Source: an uncultured Candidatus Saccharibacteria bacterium
GTDB taxonomy: Bacteria; Patescibacteriota; Doudnabacteria; UBA920
Assembly (NCBI GenBank): GCA_964416765.1
Contig: CAYQEU010000002.1
Span: forward strand, 144,877 to 188,905
Length of the DNA: 44,029 nt
Reading direction: 5' to 3'
In this document: one piece after another, positions 9,378 through 18,018 of the stretch
Layout: every line of letters starts with the position of its first letter
Position numbering within the stretch: position 1 is the first letter of the stretch
Translations under genes and position numbers: made by a program
The notes under the pieces: generated by a model
Database searches by the model: none
Told to the model about the DNA's origin: nothing
Seen by the model: the letters and a program-made list of their open reading frames with translations, nothing else

Positions 9378-10126
9378 GATTGATAAGTTTCAAGCAATTA
9401 TTCTTGGCCAACCTGCGTCTCATCTACCGCAATTACGGCGGGGTGTTTTGGACGCTGGTAATGCCGGCGGGGATTTACGTGGCGTTGTCTGTTCTGCCGA
9501 TTGGCAAGATCGCCGGTGGCACCTTAAGTTATTCCAATTACGTTTTGCCCGGGATAATCGCCATGGTAATCATGCAAGGCGGAATTTACGGGTTGGCTTA
9601 CTGGATGATTGACCTGAAGTCCAAAGGTGTTATCAAGCGGTTATTGGTAACTCCCATAAACCGTATGGAATTATTGTTGTCGCTTTTGGCCTCGCGCGTT
9701 TTAGTGATTTTGGTGCAGGTGCTCATGCTAACCTTGGTGGGAGTAATTTTCTTCCATGCCACTTTCGCGGGAAACTATTTGTCAGTAGTTATGTTTTCCT
9801 TGTTAGGTGGTTTTATTTTCCTGATGATGGGACTGTTCATAGCTTCATTTGCCAACAGCTATGAAGCGGCGGCGCCAATCACCACCGCTATCGGTTTGCC
9901 AATGACGTTCCTTGGAAACCTGTTTTACCCTGTAGACTCACTACCCAAAATTCTACAGAATGTTGCCAAGCTCTTGCCGGTAACTTATTTGGCTGACGGC
10001 ATGCGTAAGGTCTATTTGGCGCCATTTAGCTGGCATGACATAGGCAAGGACCTAATTGCCTTGTTAATTTGGATAGTTATAGCGCTTGTCATAGTGCTAT
10101 GGCGGTTCCGGCTGGAAGCCGAATAA
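9374..10126 (+). CDS. ABC-2 type exporter, permease subunit
   Basis: About 6 hydrophobic segments, GVIKRLLVTP motif, FYPVDSLPKILQ and LLPVTY; ATGA overlap with the ATPase gene. Confidence 0.92.
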   Translation: MRLISFKQLFLANLRLIYRNYGGVFWTLVMPAGIYVALSVLPIGKIAGGTLSYSNYVLPGIIAMVIMQGGIYGLAYWMIDLKSKGVIKRLLVTPINRMELLLSLLASRVLVILVQVLMLTLVGVIFFHATFAGNYLSVVMFSLLGGFIFLMMGLFIASFANSYEAAAPITTAIGLPMTFLGNLFYPVDSLPKILQNVAKLLPVTYLADGMRKVYLAPFSWHDIGKDLIALLIWIVIALVIVLWRFRLEAE

Positions 10127-10142
10127 ACTCAGGAATAGCCTA

Positions 10143-10180
10143 AAATAAAGGGGTCTGGCTCTTGCCAGATCCCTTTATTT
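10143..10180 (+). terminator. intrinsic terminator of the ABC operon
   Basis: AAATAAAGGGGTCTGGC-tctt-GCCAGATCCCTTTATTT, 17-bp stem with one G-T pair. Confidence 0.8.
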
Positions 10181-10190
10181 GTGGTATAAT
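10162..10190 (+). promoter_or_regulatory. sigma70 promoter embedded in the preceding terminator
   Basis: TTGCCA (10162-67), 17 bp, TATAAT (10185-90), preceded by TGTGG. Confidence 0.7.
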
Positions 10191-10236
10191 GCGCCAGTTC
10201 ACGGATCGCATTTCAGATATAAAGAGGGATTTAGAT

Positions 10237-10626
10237 ATGAACGGATTTGGAAAATCGCTGGGCAAACAGTGCCTGGGTTTGGTGACGCTTAATTGCCTCA
10301 CCGCTGGATGGGAGATGACGTATGCTCCCTTGGTAGCCGGCGTGGTAGCGGCGGCAATTCAGTTTCTCTATTTGGAGAACTGCTACTCCGAGGTCAAAAA
10401 CGGCTTCGGACACGAAACACAACTTCGCAACTCGCTGTGGCTTCTCGTCGCGGTCGGGTTCGCGTACTTCGTCGCTCGGCACACCGGTTCGAGCATGGCT
10501 ACCCCAGCCATTCTGCTCGGGCTGTGGGTTATCGGGGCAATTTTTCTTATCGCCCTCAAATTCCGGTTTACACGCTACCTTCACCACGGCGTGTCCGGCT
10601 TCCTCAGCCGCTATTCTGTCGGTTGA
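10237..10626 (+). CDS. hypothetical small multi-pass membrane protein (129 aa)
   Basis: About 4 hydrophobic segments; SD-like AAGAGGG upstream of ATG 10237; own promoter and terminator. Confidence 0.65.
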   Translation: MNGFGKSLGKQCLGLVTLNCLTAGWEMTYAPLVAGVVAAAIQFLYLENCYSEVKNGFGHETQLRNSLWLLVAVGFAYFVARHTGSSMATPAILLGLWVIGAIFLIALKFRFTRYLHHGVSGFLSRYSVG

Positions 10627-10660
10627 GCAAAGTCGCCGAATTTTCCTATCGCGGTTTAAC

Positions 10661-10700
10661 GAAAAGCGTTGGTCTCTCTGATCAACGCTTTTCTTTTTTT
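10661..10700. terminator. terminator between convergent hypothetical gene and tsaB
   Basis: GAAAAGCGTTGGTC-tctct-GATCAACGCTTTTC, 14-bp stem with one G-T pair, then a T-run; overlaps the tsaB stop codon. Confidence 0.7.
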
Positions 10701-11080
10701 GCTATTGTGATGTTTGGCTCGCCGCCGTAATGCACTTCCAGTTTTTTGCCCCCTTTCACGTGCCACAGTTTTGCCAAGTCATCCGGAATTTTTTCTTTGA
10801 TGATCGCGGTGACCGGTATTTCCAGAGCGAACCCCAAAGCTTGGGCCAACGCGATGCCAACGCGGATGCCGGTAAAAGAACCGGGCCCGGAGCAAACTAT
10901 AATTTTTTCTAATTTTTTGGGATTGGCTTTGCTGGACTTAATGAATTTCTGGAGGAGTTCAAGAGTTTTATAATTTTCGTTGAAAGCGAATTGCTTGCTG
11001 AATACCTTTGCCTTGCCCGAATGGGTGACTAACGCGAACCGCAAGCCGTTGTGGTCGCTGGTGTCTATGAAAAGGAGCAT
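10682..11080 (-). CDS. tsaB: tRNA t6A biosynthesis protein TsaB, short form (132 aa)
   Basis: MLLFIDTS, IIVCSGPGSFTGIRVGIALAQALGFAL; 1-nt TAATG overlap with murE. Confidence 0.9.
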   Translation of the reverse strand: MLLFIDTSDHNGLRFALVTHSGKAKVFSKQFAFNENYKTLELLQKFIKSSKANPKKLEKIIVCSGPGSFTGIRVGIALAQALGFALEIPVTAIIKEKIPDDLAKLWHVKGGKKLEVHYGGEPNITIAKKEKR

Positions 11081-12414
11081 TAGAAAGTTAGTTTGGTTAA
11101 TTCTTCGCGGGTTACCGTGCGATCATCCCAGTCCACCATTTGCCCGCCAGCCAAAACCATCTTTTGTTCTGAACCTTTTCCGGTGATGAGAACAAGGTCG
11201 TTTGGATTAGCTTTGGCCAACGCCGCGGCTATGGCCTGGCGACGGTCGAGAACAATAAAGAGGTTTTGTCCTAAAATTTTACCCGCGCTCTCCGCACCCT
11301 TTTGCATAATGGCAGCAAGGTAGGCAGGGTCATCGTCGTATGGATCGTCGGTCGTTACATATACAAAGTCAGCGTTTTTCCCGGCTAAAAGGCCTAGAGT
11401 CGTCTTGTTCGACATGTCCCGGCCTCCGCCAGTCGGGCCCAAAACCTGGATTACTTTGCCGTGCTCCCAGTTGCTAACAGTATCATAAAGTTGTTGCATT
11501 CCGGTGGGTTCGTGGGCGTAATCCACCACTACGGTAAAGGGCTGGGTGGCAATGACTTCCACGCGGCCCGGTACAACCGAAACACGGGCTAACGCTTCGC
11601 TGCAAGTTTCCAGGTCAATGCCGAGTGATAGCGCGGTGCATACCGCCGCCAAAGAGTTGTAGACATCAAACTTGCCCTTGAGCGCGAGCGTGAATCTTTG
11701 GTCATGGATTTTGAATTTTATACCGTCGAATGAGTACTCAATGTTAGTGGCGCGTACGTTAGCGGTTTCGTTGCTGACCCCATAACTAATATGCCGCTGG
11801 GCTTTGAAGTTCAAATAATATTGGCCATAGATGCTGTCCAAGTTGGCCACGATAGTCTTTTCCAGTTTCGGGTTAATGTGCAATTGTTGCTCGGTAATTT
11901 CGTGTTCGCTCAGCGAGCTGAACAACAAGCCTTTGGCGCGCTGATAATTATCAAAACTGCCATGAGCGTCCAGGTGTTCCGGCGTGAGGTTAGTAAACAC
12001 GGCAACATCAAAGAAAATATTTTTATGGCGGTTTTGGGCCAATCCTTCGCTGGTCATTTCGAGCACCGCGTATTTGCAGCCTTGCCTGACCATATGCGCC
12101 ATCCACTTTTGGAGGTTCCATCCTGACATGGTGCTCATCTTGAAAGTGTTAAGGTGGGTACCGTCGCCCAAGTCATAGGTCGCGGTGCTAGCGTAGCCTG
12201 TTTTCTTTCCGGCTTCTCGCAGGATTGAAGCAATCAAACTAGTGGTGGTGGTTTTGCCTTTGGTGCCGGTTACGCCAATCACCACCATCTTTTTGGATGG
12301 CTGGCCATATATATAGGAAGCGACCATGGCCAAACCGCCATGGTAGTAAGGGCGGATGGCTTTTAACCGCTCTTCGGAAAGGAATGATTTGATAAAGTTT
12401 TTTAACGCTTGCAT
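11080..12414 (-). CDS. murE: UDP-N-acetylmuramoyl-tripeptide synthetase (Mur ligase, MurE type)
   Basis: VIGVTGTKGKTTT, VLEMTSEGLAQNR, AVFTNLTPEHLDAHGSFDNYQRAK, VPGRVE, VVVDYAHEP, TDDPY, LITGKGSE. Confidence 0.9.
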   Translation of the reverse strand: MQALKNFIKSFLSEERLKAIRPYYHGGLAMVASYIYGQPSKKMVVIGVTGTKGKTTTTSLIASILREAGKKTGYASTATYDLGDGTHLNTFKMSTMSGWNLQKWMAHMVRQGCKYAVLEMTSEGLAQNRHKNIFFDVAVFTNLTPEHLDAHGSFDNYQRAKGLLFSSLSEHEITEQQLHINPKLEKTIVANLDSIYGQYYLNFKAQRHISYGVSNETANVRATNIEYSFDGIKFKIHDQRFTLALKGKFDVYNSLAAVCTALSLGIDLETCSEALARVSVVPGRVEVIATQPFTVVVDYAHEPTGMQQLYDTVSNWEHGKVIQVLGPTGGGRDMSNKTTLGLLAGKNADFVYVTTDDPYDDDPAYLAAIMQKGAESAGKILGQNLFIVLDRRQAIAAALAKANPNDLVLITGKGSEQKMVLAGGQMVDWDDRTVTREELTKLTF

Positions 12415-12507
12415 GTATCTATAGTATACAGAAAAGAAGAACGGTGCTGAAGACAGAAAGTTAGGAAAACAGGTGGAAGTATCGTATAATTAAGAAAAGA
12501 ATTCACT

Positions 12508-12843
12508 ATGGAAAGCAAAATACAACTCAACCCGCTAACTTTTCCTTTGTGGTGGTATACCGTTGGTCTCGGCGTAGTCTGGGACCGCTGTATCCAGCAA
12601 TTCCGCTATGGGCTAAAAAAGACAGCTTTTCGCTTGTTTTTGAGGAATTTGAGGCACCCGCTCTACGGAGACTATACACGCTCGGGCCGTATAATTAGTT
12701 TCTTTTTGCGCATCGTTCTTATTATTGGAAAATTAATTTTATTGGGTTTTCGCGGCCTGTTTTTGGCACTTTTCCTGGCTGGTTACTTGCTCATCCTGCC
12801 GTTTTCCATATTCATGGTAATTTATTTAATCCTGCCAATATAG
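12508..12843 (+). CDS. hypothetical membrane protein, probable operon partner of the Clp-like ATPase
   Basis: 111 aa with a hydrophobic C-terminal half; TATAAT at 12485-90 upstream; 3-nt gap to the next gene. Confidence 0.75.
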   Translation: MESKIQLNPLTFPLWWYTVGLGVVWDRCIQQFRYGLKKTAFRLFLRNLRHPLYGDYTRSGRIISFFLRIVLIIGKLILLGFRGLFLALFLAGYLLILPFSIFMVIYLILPI

Positions 12844-12846
12844 CCC

Positions 12847-15426
12847 ATGGAACTACAGGTACAACCGTCTAATAATCCCCAGTGGCCCACTAGCGCCATC
12901 GCTAATGGCGCGACATTAACATTCTCCGGCCACTTTGGCCAGGAACGAATCGACAAAGAGAACGCCAAACAGTCCCGCGACCGTTTGTTGTTGATAATAC
13001 TTGGGGCCGTTGCCGTTACCGGAATAATCGGCCTGGTGCTAAGCGCCATGACCAGTTTTAGCGTCGCTCACCCCTGGTTCTTTTTGCATCACGACCTCTT
13101 TAACATTTTCTTCTGGCTTTCGCTGATAGGCGATATGTATCTGTGGGCGTTCAACAAGAACAAGCGGATAGAATACGGGGCAGCTCTGGCCAAGCGCGGC
13201 CAGGCTCGCACCGGCGGCGGCCCAGTGGATGTTTATGAATTGTTCAGCAACAGCGCGCGTGAAGTTTGGAACAAGTCATGGCTGGTGGCGCAAAAGCGCG
13301 GCCATGCTCAAGTCACCATAGAAGACGAGTTAATGGCGTTATGTTCGGCGCAGGATACCCAATTGGCTTTATTCCGTCTCGGGATCAACGCGCGTGAATT
13401 TATGGATGTAATCAACCAGGCGACCGCTCCAACGCCAATCGATAACTTGCCGTTCGTCGCTTACCAGAAAATGGTGGAGTTGAGCAATAACTTGATTGAC
13501 CCTGTCATGCTCCTTTGTGCTTCACTAAGCATGCTGCCGGCTGATCACCCGGTCCAGAATTACTTTTTCCAATTGGGAATTTCAGAGGAAATTTTGGAAG
13601 TCGTAGCGGTCTGGATATTTAACCTTCGCTTGGTCAAAGAAGAGGACGATGTATTTCGCCAGATGGCAAAACTCAAGCCCTCGGGCGGGACCAACAAAAG
13701 CCTTACCGCGGTACCCACCCACTATTTGGACCAGTTCAGCCAGGATCTTACCATTCAGGCAAAGTTCCACCAGTTGCCAATTAGCCTTGGCCGTGAAGCG
13801 GATTTGGAAGACATCTTTAAATTAATAGCGGAAAATAATACCAACCTTTTGATTAAAGGCGAAGAAGGAACGGGCCGAACTACAGTAGTGAATATGCTCG
13901 CGCACCGCATGGTTATGGAAGACGTCCCGGCTTTGTTACAGGACAAGCGCTTAGTTAAGCTCGAAACTTCCGCCCTGGTGGGCGCTAAATTACCCGCGGA
14001 ACAGGTGTTAATGCAGGCTCTTGGCGAGGCGGAAAACTCAGGCAATATTGTTTTGGTTATTGAAGACATTGACTCATTGGCGCGCGCCAGCGGCGCCCAA
14101 GGTTTGAGTCTGCTGGAAATCCTCGTAAATTATTTGCAGCAGAGTTCCCTGACGGTAATCGGCACCACCACCCAGGACAATTATTTGAACTACGTTCACC
14201 AGCAGCCGAACTTTGACCAGGTGTTTGTTTCTTATGAACTGAAACCGCTCAGCCAGCAGGCAATTATGGCGGCATGCTGTATCAGGGCCAGCGTCATCGA
14301 AGGCCAGACCGGCACGGTATTTTTGTTTAACGCCATCCAGGCGGCCATCACCTTGTCTGATCGCTACTTTAAAGATACCGGCCAGCCGCAAAAGTCCATC
14401 GCGCTGTTGCAGGAGGCAGCCAGCAAGGTCCGCGGTACTCCCGATAAACTGGTTACTGAAGAAACCATTCAAAAAATAATCGGGGAGAAGACCCACATTC
14501 CGGAAGAAACCATCACCGCGTCGGAAGGGGAAAAATTGCTGCGTTTGGAAGACGAGATGGGGCAGTACATCATAGGGCAAAAGGAAGCAGTCTCCGCAGT
14601 CGCGGAAAGTTTGCGTCGCGCCCGCAGCGGCCTGACTTCCGGAACCCGTCCGTTGGCGTCGTTTATGTTTGTCGGGCCGACTGGTGTTGGGAAAACGGAG
14701 TTGGCTAAAACTTTGACCAAAATATATTTTGGCGATGAGCGTTATCTACTCCGGTTGGACATGTCTGAGTACCAGGGGGATATGGGATTGTCAAAATTAT
14801 TGGGCCTGCAGGGAGCAACAACTAACACCCCGTTTGTAAACCACCTGAAGAATTATCCGTTCTGTTTGTTCCTGCTGGATGAATTTGAAAAAGCGTCCCG
14901 CGACGTGTTGAACTTGTTTCTGCAAATCCTGGAAGACGGCCGCTTAACCACCAGCGCCGGACAGACCCTCGATTTAACCCAGACAATTATCATCGCTACT
15001 TCCAATGCCGGTACGCGTGAGATCCAAGAAGGGTTGCGCGGCGGGCAGACTCTGGACCAAATCAAGGGGCAGCTCATGGATAATATTTTGCTAAACTATT
15101 TTGCTCCGGAATTGATTAACCGTTTTGACGGCGTAATTTTGTTTACCCCGCTGTCTCCGGCGGAAGTTGAGCAGATCGCCGGCTTACAGATTAAGAGCCT
15201 GGTTAAGAGCCTTTTGGACAAAGGATTTAAAGTCACGTTTGGCCCAGCGCTAATAAAAGACATTGCCCAAAAAGCCTATGACCCTTTGCTTGGCGCCCGC
15301 CCCATTCGCCGCTATATCCAGGACCACGTTGAAGGCGTAATCGCTAAATTGATTTTGGCCCAGCAATTAAAGCGCGGTTCCAGCGCCACGGTGGACTTGG
15401 AAGATGGCGAAATCGTTGTTAGGTAG
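12847..15426 (+). CDS. membrane-anchored Clp/Hsp100-like AAA+ ATPase
   Basis: Two N-terminal TM segments, Clp-N-like region, degenerate D1 (GEEGTGRT, IVLVIEDID), intact D2 (GPTGVGKTE, RLDMSEY, LLDEFEKA, LQILEDGRLT, GARPIRR). Confidence 0.9.
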   Translation: MELQVQPSNNPQWPTSAIANGATLTFSGHFGQERIDKENAKQSRDRLLLIILGAVAVTGIIGLVLSAMTSFSVAHPWFFLHHDLFNIFFWLSLIGDMYLWAFNKNKRIEYGAALAKRGQARTGGGPVDVYELFSNSAREVWNKSWLVAQKRGHAQVTIEDELMALCSAQDTQLALFRLGINAREFMDVINQATAPTPIDNLPFVAYQKMVELSNNLIDPVMLLCASLSMLPADHPVQNYFFQLGISEEILEVVAVWIFNLRLVKEEDDVFRQMAKLKPSGGTNKSLTAVPTHYLDQFSQDLTIQAKFHQLPISLGREADLEDIFKLIAENNTNLLIKGEEGTGRTTVVNMLAHRMVMEDVPALLQDKRLVKLETSALVGAKLPAEQVLMQALGEAENSGNIVLVIEDIDSLARASGAQGLSLLEILVNYLQQSSLTVIGTTTQDNYLNYVHQQPNFDQVFVSYELKPLSQQAIMAACCIRASVIEGQTGTVFLFNAIQAAITLSDRYFKDTGQPQKSIALLQEAASKVRGTPDKLVTEETIQKIIGEKTHIPEETITASEGEKLLRLEDEMGQYIIGQKEAVSAVAESLRRARSGLTSGTRPLASFMFVGPTGVGKTELAKTLTKIYFGDERYLLRLDMSEYQGDMGLSKLLGLQGATTNTPFVNHLKNYPFCLFLLDEFEKASRDVLNLFLQILEDGRLTTSAGQTLDLTQTIIIATSNAGTREIQEGLRGGQTLDQIKGQLMDNILLNYFAPELINRFDGVILFTPLSPAEVEQIAGLQIKSLVKSLLDKGFKVTFGPALIKDIAQKAYDPLLGARPIRRYIQDHVEGVIAKLILAQQLKRGSSATVDLEDGEIVVR

Positions 15427-15757
15427 CCTGTCTGGTCCGGAGGGATCTACTTTCAAACAAAGGGTGTTAAAGATAATCGCGGCCATTCCGCGTGGGCGCG
15501 TCATGAGCTACGGCCAGGTTGCTGCGGTCGCCGGTTCTCCCCGTGCGGCTCGCCAGGTCGGGGGAATCCTGCGCCACTATGACGGGGACGATTCGCTTCC
15601 TTGGTGGCGCGTGGTAAACAACGCCGGGCATATAAGCATAAAAGGGAATTTTATAGCGACCCCGGTCCGGCAAAGACAATTGCTAATTGATGAAGGTGTT
15701 CCGGTTAGTAAAGACTACGCGCTAGACATAGAAAATTTCCGGTGGCATCCAAAATAA
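15404..15757 (+). CDS. alkyltransferase-like (Atl/YbaZ, MGMT family) protein
   Basis: IPRGRVMSYGQVA, PRAARQVG, LPWWRVVN (Trp in place of the PCHR active-site Cys), LLIDEGV. Confidence 0.88.
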   Translation: MAKSLLGSLSGPEGSTFKQRVLKIIAAIPRGRVMSYGQVAAVAGSPRAARQVGGILRHYDGDDSLPWWRVVNNAGHISIKGNFIATPVRQRQLLIDEGVPVSKDYALDIENFRWHPK

Positions 15758-15783
15758 AACCGCCCAATAGGGCGGTCTTTTTT
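15756..15783. terminator. terminator between convergent Atl and LOG-family genes
   Basis: ACCGCCC-aata-GGGCGGT flanked by A and T runs. Confidence 0.7.
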
Positions 15784-16384
15784 ATTCCAAACTTATTTTT
15801 ACTTGAGGCCGGGTAAATCGCTTTTCCTTTTTATCCAGTTCCTTCAATAGTTTCAACAGCCGTGTCACCAAACGTTTCGGGTCATCGTCAAAAATTATGT
15901 TCTTCTTGCCGCGTTTGCCCACTTCCAGGATGTGTTCAAGCTGGTCACTAATTCCGCCGGTACCGGTTAGCACGCCAATAGGCTTGTGGTCTTCAAAAGC
16001 AATAGTGAATTCATTCAAGGTTCCAATACGTCCGCAAACTTCAATTACAGCGTCGGCCGAACGGGTGAGAATAAGGTTCCGTCCCGAGTAATCGGCCCCG
16101 GTATAGATAATTAGATCCATGTACTTTGTGGGCAGTCGGTAGGTGTTCATATGCTCGCGCTTAGTGGCGGCAGGTGAAAACCCGATGGAAACACCGCCGG
16201 CTTTGGTTGCCCCCCGCGCCGCGCGTTCGGGAATTCCAATGGTCGCGCCCGTTAAGAGAACGGCTCCCTGATTGGCAATTTCTTCGCCTAACTTTTCCGT
16301 AATCTTAAACGCGCCCGGCAGGCAATTATCAATTGCGGAACCGGACACGCAAATTTTATACTGATCAGATAATTTTTTAGCCAT
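15782..16384 (-). CDS. LOG/SLOG-family nucleotide-binding protein (TIGR00725-like)
   Basis: ICVSGSA, LLTGATIGIPERAARGA..AGG..IGFSP, RNLILTRSADAVI, GRIGTLNEF, KPIGVL. Confidence 0.8.
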   Translation of the reverse strand: MAKKLSDQYKICVSGSAIDNCLPGAFKITEKLGEEIANQGAVLLTGATIGIPERAARGATKAGGVSIGFSPAATKREHMNTYRLPTKYMDLIIYTGADYSGRNLILTRSADAVIEVCGRIGTLNEFTIAFEDHKPIGVLTGTGGISDQLEHILEVGKRGKKNIIFDDDPKRLVTRLLKLLKELDKKEKRFTRPQVKISLE

Positions 16385-16392
16385 TTTTTATT

Positions 16393-17367
16393 TTAAGAAA
16401 GTTTTCTGTTAAGTGACCTGAGTAACTTATATGCATTATACCATAGCGGTTTGTAGACAATATCTTCGGCGGAAGGGTAATGGACTTGCTGGCCGCCCCA
16501 GCCAAGCTTAAACCGAACAAACCCCGGAGTCTGCCCGCTGGCCGTTTCAATGCCCCAAAAATCATATGTCTCAAACCCCTCTTGTTTGGCGTCTTTTATG
16601 GCCTGCCAGTGCATCAGGTAAGGGGCCATGACGTTCCGGTCGGTGTCATGCGTGCCGCCAAAAAGATAGGTGCGGGTTGGGCCGTAATCAACCATGAGAG
16701 AGGAAGCCAAAACTTTTCCATTGAAGCTGGCCGTGTAAGTTTGGGCGTTAACCGATTTATTAGCGGCAAAAAATTCGCAAAGCTTTGTGTAGTATTGGGC
16801 CGGATGGTCCTTGAAGCCCTGCCGTTTGGAAGTTACTTGGATGAGCGCAACTGCTTCTGAAACATTTCCGGTTGCAACCTCCACGCCATGGCGCTCGGCC
16901 ACCCGGATGTTGTAACGGGTTTTATGGTGCATGTCGGCCAGTAATTCCTCTTCGGATTTAGAAAGGTCCAAGACCAAAGTCTTGCCGGGCTGGATGTGGG
17001 AAGTGACTCTGTCCTCAGCCAGCAGGAATTGTTTAGGTTCAAGCCGCAGGAACCAGGCCGTGGCAAAACGTTTTTTGATGCTGTCTAAAAATAAATTAAG
17101 AGCGTCCGGATTTTCACCAACTGTCAGCGGGCCATAGGGAACATATATATAGTGGCCTCCAAGTTTCGGGATAGGGGTCTTAAAAATTTGCGCGGCAACC
17201 AGAATGTTTCCTTCCGCATCGGTAACTGCCGGCCGCATAGTTTGGCGCCCTTGGGTTTGCATCCACTCACCCCAAGCCGGGGACTGCAAAAAAGAACCAC
17301 TGGGATGGCTGGAAACAAAACGCTCCAATTCTTCCGCCGGCAGGTTATCAGTAAATCGCAATTCCAT
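16393..17367 (-). CDS. FemAB/FemX-family peptidoglycan peptidyl transferase
   Basis: SFLQSPAWG, YIYVPYGP, TLVLDLSKSEEELL..MHHKTRYNIR, YLFGGT, MAPYLMHW..IK, YDFWGI, GFVRFKLGWGG. Confidence 0.9.
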   Translation of the reverse strand: MELRFTDNLPAEELERFVSSHPSGSFLQSPAWGEWMQTQGRQTMRPAVTDAEGNILVAAQIFKTPIPKLGGHYIYVPYGPLTVGENPDALNLFLDSIKKRFATAWFLRLEPKQFLLAEDRVTSHIQPGKTLVLDLSKSEEELLADMHHKTRYNIRVAERHGVEVATGNVSEAVALIQVTSKRQGFKDHPAQYYTKLCEFFAANKSVNAQTYTASFNGKVLASSLMVDYGPTRTYLFGGTHDTDRNVMAPYLMHWQAIKDAKQEGFETYDFWGIETASGQTPGFVRFKLGWGGQQVHYPSAEDIVYKPLWYNAYKLLRSLNRKLS

Positions 17368-17927
17368 TAGTGGGTTCCAAGCATTTTTAATGCTTCACGG
17401 ATCTGGTCAGACATGTCGGCGCTTTGAAGTTTGGGGAGAATATCGCGAACTTCCTTGGCGTTGTAGCCGAGGTTGATGAGCGCGTCATAAACATCGCTTT
17501 GACTGTCGCTTGCTCCGGACAAACCAACATCTGTCATTTTGTTCTTCAGTTCCAGGATAATGCGCTCCGCGGTTTTCTTTCCCACTCCAGACATCCGAGT
17601 GAAGATAGCCACGTCACCGTTGCTGATGGCTTGTTGCAGTACGTCAATATTCGCGGCGGAAACTATAGCCAGCGCCATTTTCGGACCGACTCCGCTGATA
17701 GTAATGAGCAACTCGAAAAACTGAAGGGTAGGGAAATCGGGCATACCGAACAGGGTTTGGCCGTCATCACCTGATTTGTGGTATATATAGAGCTCGGCAT
17801 CGTCGCCCACGTTATGTTTTTCTAAAATTTCGGGGGTGACGAGGACTTTGTAGCCAATGCCGGCATTTTCCAACAAAACGAAAGAGCTTGTTTTTTGGAG
17901 AACTTTTCCCTTTAAATAAGCAATCAT
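17367..17927 (-). CDS. ruvA: Holliday junction branch migration protein RuvA
   Basis: MIAYLKG, LENAGIGY, FELLITISGVGPKMALAI, GVGKKTAERIILELK, ALINLGY; TAATG overlap with the femX-like gene. Confidence 0.97.
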   Translation of the reverse strand: MIAYLKGKVLQKTSSFVLLENAGIGYKVLVTPEILEKHNVGDDAELYIYHKSGDDGQTLFGMPDFPTLQFFELLITISGVGPKMALAIVSAANIDVLQQAISNGDVAIFTRMSGVGKKTAERIILELKNKMTDVGLSGASDSQSDVYDALINLGYNAKEVRDILPKLQSADMSDQIREALKMLGTH

Positions 17928-17933
17928 GGCATA

Positions 17934-17942
17934 ATTATATCA
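17934..17942 (-). promoter_or_regulatory. extended -10 promoter, probable leaderless ruvA transcript
   Basis: Minus strand TG-A-TATAAT, then 6 nt (TATGCC), then ATG. Confidence 0.7.
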
Positions 17943-18018
17943 GTTATATAGCACCGGAAGAAACTTTTATTTTACGGGTGCGATTTAATAACTGCTATTG
18001 AGTATTAAGCCATTTTTG

